From Methylacidimicrobium fagopyrum (GTDB taxonomy: Bacteria; Verrucomicrobiota; Verrucomicrobiia; Limisphaerales; UBA11358): a stretch of DNA of 64,000 nucleotides. The DNA lies in NCBI GenBank assembly GCA_026225255.1, contig JAMFSJ010000061.1, positions 798 to 64,797 on the forward strand, read 5' to 3'. Of this stretch, positions 9,589-20,840 are shown piece after piece; within the stretch, counting starts at the first letter, position 1; each line of letters begins with the position of its first letter. The translations under genes and the position numbers were made by a program. Below the pieces are notes generated by a model, which was not told the origin of the DNA, did no database searches, and worked only from the letters and a program-made list of their open reading frames with translations.

Positions 9589-11232
9589 TTACGGAATCGC
9601 GCGGTAGGGCTGGTAAAAACGCGCGTTCAAATTGGTGGCGGTGGAATCATAAAATGTGCCGCTGCCATTGGTCAACAGCACGCTGCCGAGATTCGTCCAT
9701 GTCAAAAAATTTGTGGTGGCGCGGATGGTTGTTGGCGAATTGCTGGAGCCGGTGAGGAAGATTTTTGTCTGATTGGTTAAACGGGAGATCGCGTTGGCAA
9801 AGGGCGCTTCGGTGGCGATCAATTGCAGATCGAAACTCAAACTGTTGCTCGATGGTGATGCCAGATGCACTTCTACGGCCAGCGTGTTCGTGCCTTCAAC
9901 TAGCAATCGCGGATCGACGGAATAACTTTGCCACGTGTCGCGCAAGGCCGTTGGCATTGCGCTCGCGAGTGTATTGTAAGCGGCGTTGGTGTTTAGGTTT
10001 AAGCTCTCAATGGGCGAACCGTTGAGAAAAATATTGGCACCATCATCCACGACTACTTTCAAAGTCATGTTGGCGATGCGGTTCACGTTCGTGGCGACAA
10101 AGGTTTTACGGAAATACGATGTGATGTATTTATTGTTCACATTGGCGCCGTAGCTGAGGGTGGTTTGTTCATCGCCATCGCCGTAACCGAGTTGCGCCAC
10201 GCCGCTGAGCCAAGTTGAATCGTTGAAACTAGAGTTGCGCCAAGCCGTTCCTTGATCGGTTCCATTGGCGAGATATTTCCATGTGGAGGCGAGTGGGACG
10301 ACCACGCGCGGCGGTGTGGGGCCGTCGAAACTGGTGCGCGCAAAATAATACAGCGGTTGGACGCCGCTGTCCTCACTGTCGCTCAAGGTGAAATATCCGC
10401 TGCCGTAATAATCAAACCCGATCGCCTCGCCGTTCGGTTCGCCCGCGGCCTCGCCGACTACGGGAATGCCGTTGGATGCTTCGGCGAGCGCGTTGCTGAT
10501 GGATTGCCCGTTCGAGCGCGTGAAGAGTTGCGCGAAATTTTCCTGTCGCACGAGGATTTCATTTCCCAGCGGCGAGATATCCGCGCCGTTGGGAACGTCG
10601 AAGGTAAATTTTTGCACAAACGTGAGCAGGATGTTCGTCGAAGTATCCATCAATGCCTTCGGCGCGGTGTAAATGCGGCTGCTTTTAGCCTTCGTCAGCA
10701 CAAACCAATCGCCGGTGATGGGATCAACAAATTCCGCTTCGGCATCGTGGGCGCCATCGGGGTAAGTGAGGAAAATCGTGCGCGTGCCTTTCATGGCGCG
10801 GTTCGAAACCGGGCTGTTCGTCTGCCAAAAATAAACGGCGGGCTCCGGAGTTTGATAAATCTCAATGTTGGCACGGTCGGAATTATTATCGCCGATGTCG
10901 GTGACGTAGAGATAAGAAACATTCGTGATCGGTCCCGGACCGATGCCGATGTCTTCATTGTCCGTGTTGTCGGGCAAGGTGTAAGTGCCGAGATTCCGGC
11001 CTTGCGAATCAAGCGCGTAAACCACCGCGGCATTACCGGAATCATTTTCCGTCCACAACACACCGGGATTATTCCGGCTCGCGGCGACGCCGGAAGCTTC
11101 GGTCAACTTGTTTATATTCACGATCCCGTTCGTGACCGCGTTGGCGAAGGTCGGCAGGGCGAACGACATTCGCGGCAGGACAAGTAGTAAAATAATCGGT
11201 AAAACCCGGAGCACAGTGTCAATCTCCGCCAT
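9589..11232 (-). CDS. Secreted protein: beta-propeller-like N-terminus, CBM-like domain, C-terminal FY motif
   Basis: Signal peptide; EASG..ASR...WTENDSG, EDI, DAE motifs; WKYL..GTDQGTAWR...YFRKTF...DDGA. Confidence 0.8.
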   Translation of the reverse strand: MAEIDTVLRVLPIILLLVLPRMSFALPTFANAVTNGIVNINKLTEASGVAASRNNPGVLWTENDSGNAAVVYALDSQGRNLGTYTLPDNTDNEDIGIGPGPITNVSYLYVTDIGDNNSDRANIEIYQTPEPAVYFWQTNSPVSNRAMKGTRTIFLTYPDGAHDAEAEFVDPITGDWFVLTKAKSSRIYTAPKALMDTSTNILLTFVQKFTFDVPNGADISPLGNEILVRQENFAQLFTRSNGQSISNALAEASNGIPVVGEAAGEPNGEAIGFDYYGSGYFTLSDSEDSGVQPLYYFARTSFDGPTPPRVVVPLASTWKYLANGTDQGTAWRNSSFNDSTWLSGVAQLGYGDGDEQTTLSYGANVNNKYITSYFRKTFVATNVNRIANMTLKVVVDDGANIFLNGSPIESLNLNTNAAYNTLASAMPTALRDTWQSYSVDPRLLVEGTNTLAVEVHLASPSSNSLSFDLQLIATEAPFANAISRLTNQTKIFLTGSSNSPTTIRATTNFLTWTNLGSVLLTNGSGTFYDSTATNLNARFYQPYRAIP

Positions 11233-11297
11233 TTTCAGCCGAAAGCGAAATAAAAAATCAGGTCAATCACCGACAGGCAATGGGAATGGCTTTGGCC

Positions 11298-11426
11298 TTA
11301 CTTTTTATCCAATTCAAAAATCTCCTCGATTTTCAGTTTGAACAGGCGGGCGACCTTAAATGCCAGCGGCAAACTCGGATCGTATTTCTCGGTTTCAATC
11401 GCGTTGATGGTCTGACGCGAAACACG
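11298..11426 (-). pseudogene. 5'-truncated XRE-family HTH regulator
   Basis: VSRQTINAIETEKYDPSLPLAFKVARLFKLKIEEIF, with an in-frame TGA just upstream. Not in the ORF track. Confidence 0.75.
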
Positions 11427-11516
11427 TGTTCATCCGTATCCCTCCCCGGTTAAAATTGTAACTTTTTTGTTGTTTGCCATTCAGTCGTTCCTGCGTCATT
11501 GTGAAAGCCTTATTTT

Positions 11517-12473
11517 ATGAGCACACAACTGGACCAACTTAAACAATTCACCACTGTGGTTGCCGACAGCGGTGATTTCGCCACGATCAAACAATTTGCG
11601 CCGCGCGATGCCACGACCAATCCGTCGCTCATCTTCAAAGCCGCGCAGATGCCGGAATACAAATTCGTTTTGGATAAAGCCATCGCCGACGGCAAGCAAG
11701 CCAACGCGTCGGCCAGTGAATTATTGCCCAATGTGCTCGATAATTTGCTCATCGGGTTCGGCAGCGAAATTTTGAAGATTGTGCCTGGCCGCGTTTCGAC
11801 CGAAACCGATGCGGATTTTTCTTTCGACACCGAAGCGCTCGTCGCCAAAGGTCGCCGTTTTATTTCGCTTTACGAAAAAAACGGCATCGACCGCGAACGT
11901 GTGCTCGTCAAAATCGCTTCGACGTGGGAAGGCATCAAAGCGGCGGAAATTCTCCAGCGCGATGGCATCAACTGCAATCTCACCCTGCTCTTCTCGCTCG
12001 CCCAAGCCGTCGCCTGCGCCGAAGCGAAAGCGAAACTCATTTCGCCGTTCGTCGGTCGCATCATGGATTGGTATAAAGCGAAGGAGAAAAAAGAGTTTAC
12101 GCCCACGGAAGATCCCGGCGTCATTTCGGTGAAAGAAATTTACAGCTACTACAAAAAATTCGGCTATGAGACCGAAGTCATGGGCGCGAGCTTCCGCAAT
12201 GTCGGCGAAATCACCGAACTTGCCGGTTGCGACCTATTGACCATCAGCCCGAATCTGCTCGCGGAATTGCAAAAGAGCACCGCGCCGTTGGAACGCAAAT
12301 TGAGCGTGGAAATCGCCCGCTCGAGCCCGATCGAAAAAATCTCGCTCGACGAAAAGAAATTCCGCTGGATGTTCAATGAAAGCGCGATGGCCACGGAAAA
12401 AACCGCCGAAGGCATCCGCCTGTTCAACGCCGACGCGCAAAAGCTCGCCCAGTTGATCGCGTCGAAATTGTAA
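11517..12473 (+). CDS. tal: Transaldolase
   Basis: [46 protein letters not shown]. Confidence 0.97.
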   Translation: MSTQLDQLKQFTTVVADSGDFATIKQFAPRDATTNPSLIFKAAQMPEYKFVLDKAIADGKQANASASELLPNVLDNLLIGFGSEILKIVPGRVSTETDADFSFDTEALVAKGRRFISLYEKNGIDRERVLVKIASTWEGIKAAEILQRDGINCNLTLLFSLAQAVACAEAKAKLISPFVGRIMDWYKAKEKKEFTPTEDPGVISVKEIYSYYKKFGYETEVMGASFRNVGEITELAGCDLLTISPNLLAELQKSTAPLERKLSVEIARSSPIEKISLDEKKFRWMFNESAMATEKTAEGIRLFNADAQKLAQLIASKL

Positions 12474-12486
12474 GCTGGAAATTTCC

Positions 12487-12521
12487 CGTCCTCGTCCTCG
12501 AATTTTCGAGGACGAGGGCGA
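12487..12521. repeat. Palindrome of the GAGGAC family; possible terminator of tal
   Basis: CGTCCTCGTCCTCGAA-tt-TTCGAGGACGAGGGCG. Confidence 0.65.
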
Positions 12522-12587
12522 GTAAGAAAACGCGTTGTCAGCGAACTTGACTCAGCGCGTCAAAAAAATTAGTGTATCAAGCCGGTT

Positions 12588-12663
12588 GGTGGTCGTAGCT
12601 CAATGGTAGAGTCCAAGCTTGTGGAGCTTGTTGTTGCGGGTTCGAATCCCGTCGGCCACCCCA
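12588..12663 (+). tRNA. tRNA-His(GTG)
   Basis: G-1, GTGGTCG/CGGCCAC acceptor stem, TTGTGGA anticodon loop, GGTTCGAATCC, C73, CCA. Confidence 0.95.
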
Positions 12664-13106
12664 TCCTTTATTTGCAGGTGTTTTCTTCAAAATAGCGCCG
12701 AGTTAACACAAAAACTCACCACACATTCATCCGTGTTTATCCTTGTTGGGTTTGGTTGCAAAACTTCCCTGAGATGCTACGAAATTCAAATTATGCTCCC
12801 TATTGATTGCTTTACAGCTCAAATTACACTGGTTTGATTCCCACCCTCGCCTCCAGATCAAACCGCTTGGGTAGCAACGGTTTTGTGGTGCGGCGTCCGC
12901 AACGGACACCAAAACGAATACCGAATTCACTACTCCGTTAGAACTCAGCTCAACCGGACTTAACTCGTCTACTACTCGCTGACTCGCCGATTTCGGCCTG
13001 TTTTATCTTCGCGGTTTCATCTACTGCAGCCACCGCAGCGGCATGTTCGATTGCGTGGATAAAACATTTCACATAATTGAGGTCACTTCGACCAGATTGA
13101 ATAATA

Positions 13107-15053
13107 TTATTCTTGTTCCCAGAACTCCCAACTCAAAGGCTCGAGCATAAAGTTAAGATTGTTTCCACTCTGGCTTCCAATCTGAATCCCCATGGTTCTT
13201 TCCCCTGAGTTTGAAGGTGTGTATCGATAGCCTTTCCAAACTCCGGCAGCGGAACCGGTTTTGACTTGAAAGGCATAGGGTTTGCCGGTGCGATTGGAAA
13301 GCACCACCGTGAGCCGGCCGTCTGGCTTTTTAAATACTAATATGCGCGCATTCGGATCATCCTGTTTTTCTTCAACCGTGAGCGCGACGCTGTCCCATGT
13401 CATCCGTTTTACGAAACTTCCGACGGCATTCCAATTGCAAGGATTATAGATCCAGCTTCCCGGCGGCAGACCGGCCATTTGTTTTTGCCGCGCCAAGGAA
13501 TCAGAACGGATAGCGATCGGGACATTCATGCCCATCATCACTTTGAACTTTTTTGGGTCGCTGGGCTGGATGAAGGTCACATCGGGAACTCCATATTCTC
13601 CAGCAATCTCACCGGTGTGGGCAGAGATTCGAATTTCACCGGCCGGCACTAGGCGGCTATAAACCGTGTCTGACTGATCGTCCCAATGAATTGAATACGC
13701 GGTTGGGCTCCAATTCTGAGGAACATAATTACCGTGGTTATGAACTAGCAGATACAAGGTTGCCGGCTGGTTGATAATAAATGAATACCCGGCACCGGGT
13801 TTATTGGTGGCCCCGCGCGTGGCGGTGATCATTTCCATCGTCTTAAATTCAGCCGGCAGATCGGCCAGTTGTGGACCGCCATTCCATCGGCGAAATTGAT
13901 CAGCTCCATCTTGGACGGAAAGCTCCTCCCGTGATTTCCAGAAGCCAAGCGCATATCCGCTGGCCTCGGCATTTTGATAAGGCTTCAAGGCATGAATCCA
14001 AAACCAGGTAGGATTCTCTGCCTGCTGAAAGGAATTCATGATGTGTTGAACGGTATTTAAACACCGGTCGGGCGTGGCTCCACCGTTGAGATATTCGTAT
14101 TCATTCTGGAACCAGGGTCGTGGCGGCAATTCGCGACGGATCCGCGCATTAACCCGGGCCACTTCTTCCGCAGGCGATCCGACCGTATGAACCACATAAT
14201 CATCAACGAACGGCGCAACGGCGGGATCCCGCATGGCGGTGGCAATTTTGGCGGGAAAACCCGATTCGGTGTCGGCAATGAGCTGGATCTCGGGATTATG
14301 TTTCCGAACCTCGGCGGCCACGACCGAATAGGTTTTCACGTAATCGGCCGCAGTAAAATAAACGCATTTAGAGTAACCGCCGCCGGAGGCAAACGGTTCA
14401 TTCTGCAATCCCCACATAGAAACCTTGATGCCGGCAGATTCCAAGGTTTCGATGTCGCCAACCACGGCCTTTGCGAAATCGGCGAGAAAACGATCCACAT
14501 CACCATGATAAACCGGATCACGATCAAAGTTTGGTCCGAAGCAGCGCAGGGTGTTGAATCGGTCATCGCCGCCCTGCCCAACGAAACTTTGGTTGGCTTT
14601 CCAGAAGGGAGCTGGCGACCAGTATTCAAAGGAAACTCCCTCGACTCCGGCCGTGGCTAACATCTCATGGATCTCTTTTAATTGCCCCGGCCAGCGGGGT
14701 TGAAGCTGCCGTCCAGCGGCGTCCACGCCCCGCCAATAAAGACCGCCAGCCAGCCGGCAATAACGAATACCCCGGAGCATTTCCTGATAGAACCGTTGCT
14801 GTTCTGAAGGATTCAAATCATGCGGCACAGACACGCTGCTTTCCGGCAGGCTGGAATTTCCGGAGCCGATGGAGTCGCTTTGGATCTCAAAGCCAAGCCC
14901 CTTGATGACCTGACGCGGTCGCTCAGGATAAATAATTATCTGATTGGTAGCCATCGGGTTGCTGGAAAGGACGGCCATATTTTGGGCGCCAGCCGTCAAC
15001 CCAACCACCAGCATCAACAGGGCAACTCGACAACTTAATTTATACGACCACAT
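13107..15053 (-). CDS. Secreted glycoside hydrolase, clan A (GH30-like)
   Basis: QVIKGLGFE, WSPAPFWK, GLQNEP acid/base motif, FKKPDGRLTVVLSN beta-domain. Confidence 0.7.
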   Translation of the reverse strand: MWSYKLSCRVALLMLVVGLTAGAQNMAVLSSNPMATNQIIIYPERPRQVIKGLGFEIQSDSIGSGNSSLPESSVSVPHDLNPSEQQRFYQEMLRGIRYCRLAGGLYWRGVDAAGRQLQPRWPGQLKEIHEMLATAGVEGVSFEYWSPAPFWKANQSFVGQGGDDRFNTLRCFGPNFDRDPVYHGDVDRFLADFAKAVVGDIETLESAGIKVSMWGLQNEPFASGGGYSKCVYFTAADYVKTYSVVAAEVRKHNPEIQLIADTESGFPAKIATAMRDPAVAPFVDDYVVHTVGSPAEEVARVNARIRRELPPRPWFQNEYEYLNGGATPDRCLNTVQHIMNSFQQAENPTWFWIHALKPYQNAEASGYALGFWKSREELSVQDGADQFRRWNGGPQLADLPAEFKTMEMITATRGATNKPGAGYSFIINQPATLYLLVHNHGNYVPQNWSPTAYSIHWDDQSDTVYSRLVPAGEIRISAHTGEIAGEYGVPDVTFIQPSDPKKFKVMMGMNVPIAIRSDSLARQKQMAGLPPGSWIYNPCNWNAVGSFVKRMTWDSVALTVEEKQDDPNARILVFKKPDGRLTVVLSNRTGKPYAFQVKTGSAAGVWKGYRYTPSNSGERTMGIQIGSQSGNNLNFMLEPLSWEFWEQE

Positions 15054-15054
15054 A

Positions 15055-16263
15055 TCAATCTTTCAGACGGCGGGCGGGCTGGGATTGGGCGCGAAACTGG
15101 CCGGGTGTCAGGCCCAGCTTTTTTTTGAACACGCGGCTCATATATTCCTGACTTTCAAAGCCGGCTTTTTCAGCGATCGCATTTAGCGGCAGATCAGAAT
15201 CGATCAGCAACTGTTTGGTGCGCCCCAATTTTATCCGCATGATTTCAGCGTTAGGCGATTGTCCCAATAGTTGGGCAAACCGCCTTTCCAGCGAACTACG
15301 GGATAGCGGAACAGTTTTTAAAAGGGCGGCCACATCCAGTCCTTCACAGGCATGTTCCCGGATCGTCCTCAGGGCGGCGGCGATATGCCGGTCATCAATG
15401 GCGAGCACCTCCGTGGAACGTCGCGTGGCGATACCTTTGGGTTCGATGACAATCTCCTCTCCCGAGGGCTGGTAGCCTCGCATCATTCGATCCAGCAGGG
15501 CGGCAGCCTCGAAGCCGATCCTTTCCGTATTTAATATGACGCTTGAAAGCGGCAGCTCGGATAATTCACAGAGGACCTCATCTTTATCCACGCCGATGAC
15601 GGCAATTTCATCAGGAATGGCCAGTCCCAGCGCATGGCAACAGGTTAGCACCTGCCGGCCACGGGAATCATTGCACACCATCAGGCCGATGGGTTTTGGC
15701 AGTGCGACCAGCCAACGATTCAACTGTTGTTCATATTTTATCCCGTGTTCCTCGTATTCCGCAGTGGAACGATCAATGCGTGGAATTGGATTTTGAAATA
15801 TCTGGCACGGGAAACCTTTGGCTGCGATCGTCCGCTCGAAACCGATCCGCCGCCGGTCCGACCAGTCAGTGCCATTGTATCCGCAAAAAGCGAATTGGCG
15901 GAAGCCGCGCTCGATCAAATGTTCGGCCGCCAGACAGCCGACGGCCGGCTCGTCTGAGCGAATGGTGGGTATTTTTAAATCCGGCAGGCCGCCATAAAGA
16001 TCCACCGCCTGAACTTTTTTTCGGGCGATGGCCCGCGCAATAGTCGGAGTTTTTACCCGGGCGATGACCCCATCTCCCGACCAGCGCGCAAACCAGTCCG
16101 GTGTCGTTTCGCTGGGATCGCCCTCTTCAAATTCAATGGCCCATGGACCGTGGATGCGCACATATTTGGCGATGCCCAAAAGCAGGTCGCGGCCATAAGA
16201 ACGGGAGGTTTCGATCAATAACGCCACCCGGGGAGTCCGGTTTTTTTTTGGAAGCGATTTCAT
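15055..16263 (-). CDS. XylR-type regulator (periplasmic-binding-protein-like domain + AraC HTH)
   Basis: VALLIETSRSYGRDLLLGI, IPDEIAVIGVD, RRST, SRVFKKKLGLTPGQFR. Confidence 0.9.
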   Translation of the reverse strand: MKSLPKKNRTPRVALLIETSRSYGRDLLLGIAKYVRIHGPWAIEFEEGDPSETTPDWFARWSGDGVIARVKTPTIARAIARKKVQAVDLYGGLPDLKIPTIRSDEPAVGCLAAEHLIERGFRQFAFCGYNGTDWSDRRRIGFERTIAAKGFPCQIFQNPIPRIDRSTAEYEEHGIKYEQQLNRWLVALPKPIGLMVCNDSRGRQVLTCCHALGLAIPDEIAVIGVDKDEVLCELSELPLSSVILNTERIGFEAAALLDRMMRGYQPSGEEIVIEPKGIATRRSTEVLAIDDRHIAAALRTIREHACEGLDVAALLKTVPLSRSSLERRFAQLLGQSPNAEIMRIKLGRTKQLLIDSDLPLNAIAEKAGFESQEYMSRVFKKKLGLTPGQFRAQSQPARRLKD

Positions 16264-16290
16264 CAGTGATTTTCAAGTTGATTGCATGCT

Positions 16291-17484
16291 CTAAGGGCGA
16301 CCGTCACGGGTGCGAAAACGCAACCTGAACATTCCGACCATGCCCACCGCCAGCAGAATGCTCACGGCATAAGCGCCGGCGTTCGGATTTTGCGGCACCA
16401 GCAACAAGGCGCCCATGCCCACCGCCGGGCCCAAAAAATTGCCCGCCCCCATGGCGGCTTCGTGCAGGCCGCCATGCTCGCCTTTAGTTTCGCCAACATC
16501 CATGGAATAGAACAATGATGAGTAATAGATCAGGCCGATGGAAAAACCGAAGAGAACTTGGGCCGCAAACAGGAGCCAAAAATTCCGGAGAACCAAAAAG
16601 CCGACAAAACCGATCATCAACCCCAAGAACGACCCGATCAACCACTCAAACCGGTAATGCCAGCCGCGCCATTGCCACAAAAGAATGAAGGCGGCCAGCC
16701 GGGCAAAAAACCAGACCGAACAGAATAATCCGCTAGCCGTGGTGCTGAGATGAAGATCCCGTGCGAGTGACGGAATGGTCGCGAGCAACGTATTGATGCC
16801 GATGCAGGCAAAGGGGTTGGCCAGCCACGCCATTCTTAAAAAAGTGCGGGGCTTGATAGATTGCTGGAACGCGGCCGACTCCGGCTGATGCGAATGATGC
16901 GGGAGTGAAACAACGACCGGGTGCGGCAGCGGGTTCCTAGATAAAAACCAGGTCACCAATCCGAACTGCAAAAGATAAATGGTGATCGGCAGCCAAAACA
17001 TGCTTTGGTAGCCCAAGTGTTCGAACACGGCACCGCCAAGAAAGTAAGAAAGCGCCGAACAGGAAGCCCATACAACATTGTAAATGCCGAGTTGCCGGGG
17101 AAGTTCCGGCGCGGTCTCACCTTCACTGACCAGCGCCTCCAATGCCGGCCAGACAAAACAGGAAGATGCGGTCCAGATCACTAACACGATAATTTGCGCG
17201 ACCAATGATCCCAGCCAAATGCCGCCTAAAAGAGCCGCAATCATTCCAATCAAGCCGAGGCGCAAGCCGGTAAAGCAACCGAACCGTTGGGCCACCTTTC
17301 CGCCCTGCCACGAGGCCACCACCCAGATCAAACCTTGCAATGCCGAAATCCCCAGGTTCCCGATATTGCCGAAGCCATAATGATCGCGTAGCAGAAAGAA
17401 GATGTAGTTGCCATAGAACCCGCAGGCCAACGAACCTAGTCCTTCAAAAACAAAATAGAACGATTTATTTTGGCGGTGAAACAC
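16291..17484 (-). CDS. MFS transporter
   Basis: About 12 hydrophobic segments in 397 aa. Confidence 0.8.
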   Translation of the reverse strand: MFHRQNKSFYFVFEGLGSLACGFYGNYIFFLLRDHYGFGNIGNLGISALQGLIWVVASWQGGKVAQRFGCFTGLRLGLIGMIAALLGGIWLGSLVAQIIVLVIWTASSCFVWPALEALVSEGETAPELPRQLGIYNVVWASCSALSYFLGGAVFEHLGYQSMFWLPITIYLLQFGLVTWFLSRNPLPHPVVVSLPHHSHQPESAAFQQSIKPRTFLRMAWLANPFACIGINTLLATIPSLARDLHLSTTASGLFCSVWFFARLAAFILLWQWRGWHYRFEWLIGSFLGLMIGFVGFLVLRNFWLLFAAQVLFGFSIGLIYYSSLFYSMDVGETKGEHGGLHEAAMGAGNFLGPAVGMGALLLVPQNPNAGAYAVSILLAVGMVGMFRLRFRTRDGRP

Positions 17485-17681
17485 GGTTTAGTTTTAAACA
17501 AAGTTATCCAAGATACAACTAGCCGCGCGTTTTTTTATATGTGACAGCTCAAGGCGGACTGGAGTCGGTTGCCGGATTTACGGGCGATTTATTCCAGGAA
17601 GACCAACCGCACAACCGGCCTCCGTTTTACGTTTCGGGTTTCGATTTCAAGACTCGGTTTGTTGATTGTCTCAAATTTAAA

Positions 17682-19388
17682 TCAGGGTGTTGGTTGTAGT
17701 TTGGCTCCGTCACATTGTTCAATGCTGATCGGTTTTAGCTCCCCTTGGTTCTTAAAGTTTAATGCCGTCGCTGTCAGTTGATTATCGCGGATCACCAAGC
17801 CTGAGGTGGATGTGACCAGAATATTCGGCCAAACCGATTCGGTAATAACATTGCTGGACACGGTAAGATTACGATGTGCCCCGCTTGCCAAAGGCTTGCC
17901 ATTACCACCGGAAGCCACGATCTGGATCGCCGGCTGACGGCAACCAGTGATCTTATTACCCGAGATAAAAACATCCGAAGCTGACCCGGCTTCAAACCAC
18001 CAAAATTCAGGCGAAACTAATATGGCCGCCATCCAACTGTGAGTGATGATATTATCGGCGACTGTTCCCCGGCTCGCTTTGATGAGAATGCCGCGCGAAC
18101 GGTTGTAACCAAAATCACACCCTTTCACAACGAACCCGCTGCCCAGCCGATTGGCGGCGGCGATCAATGAACCCATCGGCAAGACTACCGGACGGTTCAA
18201 GGTGATCTGGTAAAATTTAACATTTCCGGCCAACAGATTGTCTTTCGAATGCTGGGTGATGCCGAGTTTTTTAACGAAGGCCTTCTCTGCATCGGTAATC
18301 GGGCTGTCCGGCTCAATACGCTGAACCACTGCATCGGGCGGACGTTCGCCGGCGAAAGGCAGAAACTCAACGGGATCGCCGGTTTCAATGGACATTCCGT
18401 CCGGAGCGGCGACGCGTAAAATTGAATTGGTGCCGGCGGTGATCAAGGCATAACGGCCATGAATATTCACGGCATCATCACCCATAAATTTCGCCACACA
18501 ACCGATGATCTCCGGCCCCTTGGTCGCATCAATGCTGTGGAAAGCATCCGCATTCAATGAACGCATCCGGGGAAAGCCGCGCCGCACCGGATCATTCGCC
18601 GGCAACCGGCGGTCAATCACGCAATGTAAGTAGCTGTTTCCTTCGCATCGATTTTCAAGAAATCCAAAACACGGCGAGGCATATAAGGTTACCGCCTCTA
18701 ATTTCACACCTATGCATTCTGATAACTCAACGGCATGACCCTCGGAAACATTTTTGGGGTGGGCATGATTGGTTACGAGAATATCACCGGCCTGTTCAGT
18801 GTCCACGGCTGGATTATATTTGTAGCCGGCATTTTTTGAAATCCGGTAGCGTCCTCGTCCGATGCTTTCAAAAGGACCCCAACCGTAATAACTGTCACGT
18901 CGCAGTTCTTTTGTAATCGGATCATAAATTTCAATCCGCTCCACAAGATTGTCCTCGGGATATCCGTCGATGATTTGAAACTCCACCCAACTTTTATCCG
19001 GGGCCAGCGCAACAATCCGGCCTTCGGTCATCGGCAGCGGATCGTAATCCACCGTCAGGCCGCACAAATGGAGGTCCCGGCAATGGTCAAACACCATGGC
19101 CGGGCGGACTTCCGTGCAGATCATCTCAACACCATTGGCAATGATCTCAAGATTAGTCAGCGCTTGAAAATGGAGATGGCTGCCATTTTTTGGAGTTACC
19201 CGATAACGTCCGGGCGGGATGATCACTCGGTTAGTGCCGGTCTTGATCTGTTGGTCGATCAAAGCTTGCAGGTCAACCATTCTGCCGACGGCAGCGGACG
19301 AATTATCCGCCGGCTGCCCAACCGCCCAACCGCCCACGAGTGCAGCCAGCAACATCAGTCCGGTCGTTATGATTTTTAAATCTCGCAT
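17682..19388 (-). CDS. Secreted right-handed beta-helix protein, GH110 alpha-galactosidase-like
   Basis: NADAFH, GDDAVNIHG, NRSRGILIKA. Confidence 0.7.
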   Translation of the reverse strand: MRDLKIITTGLMLLAALVGGWAVGQPADNSSAAVGRMVDLQALIDQQIKTGTNRVIIPPGRYRVTPKNGSHLHFQALTNLEIIANGVEMICTEVRPAMVFDHCRDLHLCGLTVDYDPLPMTEGRIVALAPDKSWVEFQIIDGYPEDNLVERIEIYDPITKELRRDSYYGWGPFESIGRGRYRISKNAGYKYNPAVDTEQAGDILVTNHAHPKNVSEGHAVELSECIGVKLEAVTLYASPCFGFLENRCEGNSYLHCVIDRRLPANDPVRRGFPRMRSLNADAFHSIDATKGPEIIGCVAKFMGDDAVNIHGRYALITAGTNSILRVAAPDGMSIETGDPVEFLPFAGERPPDAVVQRIEPDSPITDAEKAFVKKLGITQHSKDNLLAGNVKFYQITLNRPVVLPMGSLIAAANRLGSGFVVKGCDFGYNRSRGILIKASRGTVADNIITHSWMAAILVSPEFWWFEAGSASDVFISGNKITGCRQPAIQIVASGGNGKPLASGAHRNLTVSSNVITESVWPNILVTSTSGLVIRDNQLTATALNFKNQGELKPISIEQCDGAKLQPTP

Positions 19389-19477
19389 GGCGAATAGGAT
19401 GATCGTAAATATTTCAACCTTTGCCTTTTTTCTCAAGCCAAGGTTTGATCGCCGACCGGTTTATATTCGGATATCGG

Positions 19478-20770
19478 TCATTTTTTTATGGTCTCCGACG
19501 GTGAAACCACTTTCAACAATATCGTGGCATGCGGCTGCACTGTCAGCGTCAGCTTGCCGGTGTAGGTTCCCAGATCTTTATGGCTCCATAAATCGCGCAC
19601 AGACATAGCGGCCTCCGGCTTCAAACCCAAATCCTGCCACCGAGCGGTGATCATTTCCGGATGATCATCACGATTGAGCAATGCCACCGCGATGGCTCCA
19701 TTCACCAACGGTTTAAGCCATACATCGGTGCATCCGGTGCGGGCCACCCGGTGACCTTGGCTGCCCAAGATGTCTTGATCAACGGCAATCACTTCGGGGT
19801 TGGTGAGAATCCGTTTGGTTTCAGCATCCAGGTTGCGGATATCACAGCCGATCATAAGCGGCGCCGCCAATAAACACCACATACTCATCTGGGTTTGATA
19901 TTCGGCAACCGTGCAACCGCCGCCTTTGATGTTGCCTTTGTTGCCCAGCCCCACGACTAACATATCTGGATCATTCCAACCACCGGGGCCAGCATGACCT
20001 TCGAGATTGGCCTCGGCATCGATCGCGGTGAGGATGCCGATGCAGCTTTGCACATTTCCCGGCGTGTCCCAGATATCACCCACGTCAAAGGAAGTTCGCC
20101 AGAGTTGCGCGCCAGCCTGACGGCCCCACAACCAAGGCGAACGCGGACCCCATTCGCAAATACTGAAGACTATCGGCCGCTGCGTAGCCTTGAGCGCATC
20201 GCCCATTTTAGTGTAACGGCGAATCGCCTCCTTAAAATCATCCGGCGCATTGCAGTAATCGTATTTCACATAATCCACGCCCCAACCGGCGAAAGTCGCC
20301 GCATCGTCTTCCTCGTGTCCGAAGCTGCCAACCTCGCCGCCGCAAGTTTGATCGCCGGCATCGGAATAGATGCCAAGCTTCAAGCCCTTGCCGTGGATGT
20401 AGTCAGCCAATGCCTTGATCCCTTCGGGAAATTTTTGCGGATTAGCCAGTAGATGACCCTGACGGTCGCGACCACCCTCCCAATGATCATCCAGCACGAT
20501 GTATTCATAGCCAAGATCTTTAAGCCCGAAATCAACCATCTGGTCAGCTACCTGTCGGACAACCCCGGCATTGATGTCCGGGCCAAATGTATTCCAACTA
20601 TTCCAACCCATCGGCGGCGTGGTGGCCAGAGGCGGAGTTGCGGCTTGCGCCGCCATCTTTTCCGCCGCGCCAAACAGGAAAAACGGTAATAGCCCGCAGC
20701 CGAGAAATATCTGGTCGAACCATCTTTTTGAGAGACCGCTGAAAACAACCTTGCGTTTGGAGATAATCAT
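19478..20770 (-). CDS. Alpha-galactosidase, GH27
   Basis: TPPMGWNSWN, LDDHW, DYVKYDYC, WNDPDMLVVG. Confidence 0.93.
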   Translation of the reverse strand: MIISKRKVVFSGLSKRWFDQIFLGCGLLPFFLFGAAEKMAAQAATPPLATTPPMGWNSWNTFGPDINAGVVRQVADQMVDFGLKDLGYEYIVLDDHWEGGRDRQGHLLANPQKFPEGIKALADYIHGKGLKLGIYSDAGDQTCGGEVGSFGHEEDDAATFAGWGVDYVKYDYCNAPDDFKEAIRRYTKMGDALKATQRPIVFSICEWGPRSPWLWGRQAGAQLWRTSFDVGDIWDTPGNVQSCIGILTAIDAEANLEGHAGPGGWNDPDMLVVGLGNKGNIKGGGCTVAEYQTQMSMWCLLAAPLMIGCDIRNLDAETKRILTNPEVIAVDQDILGSQGHRVARTGCTDVWLKPLVNGAIAVALLNRDDHPEMITARWQDLGLKPEAAMSVRDLWSHKDLGTYTGKLTLTVQPHATILLKVVSPSETIKK

Positions 20771-20840
20771 TTCGAAATCTTGGTGTTAGTTAAAATCAAC
20801 CTATGTTCATTGATGCTGTGTGATCTATCGAGTAATCGCC

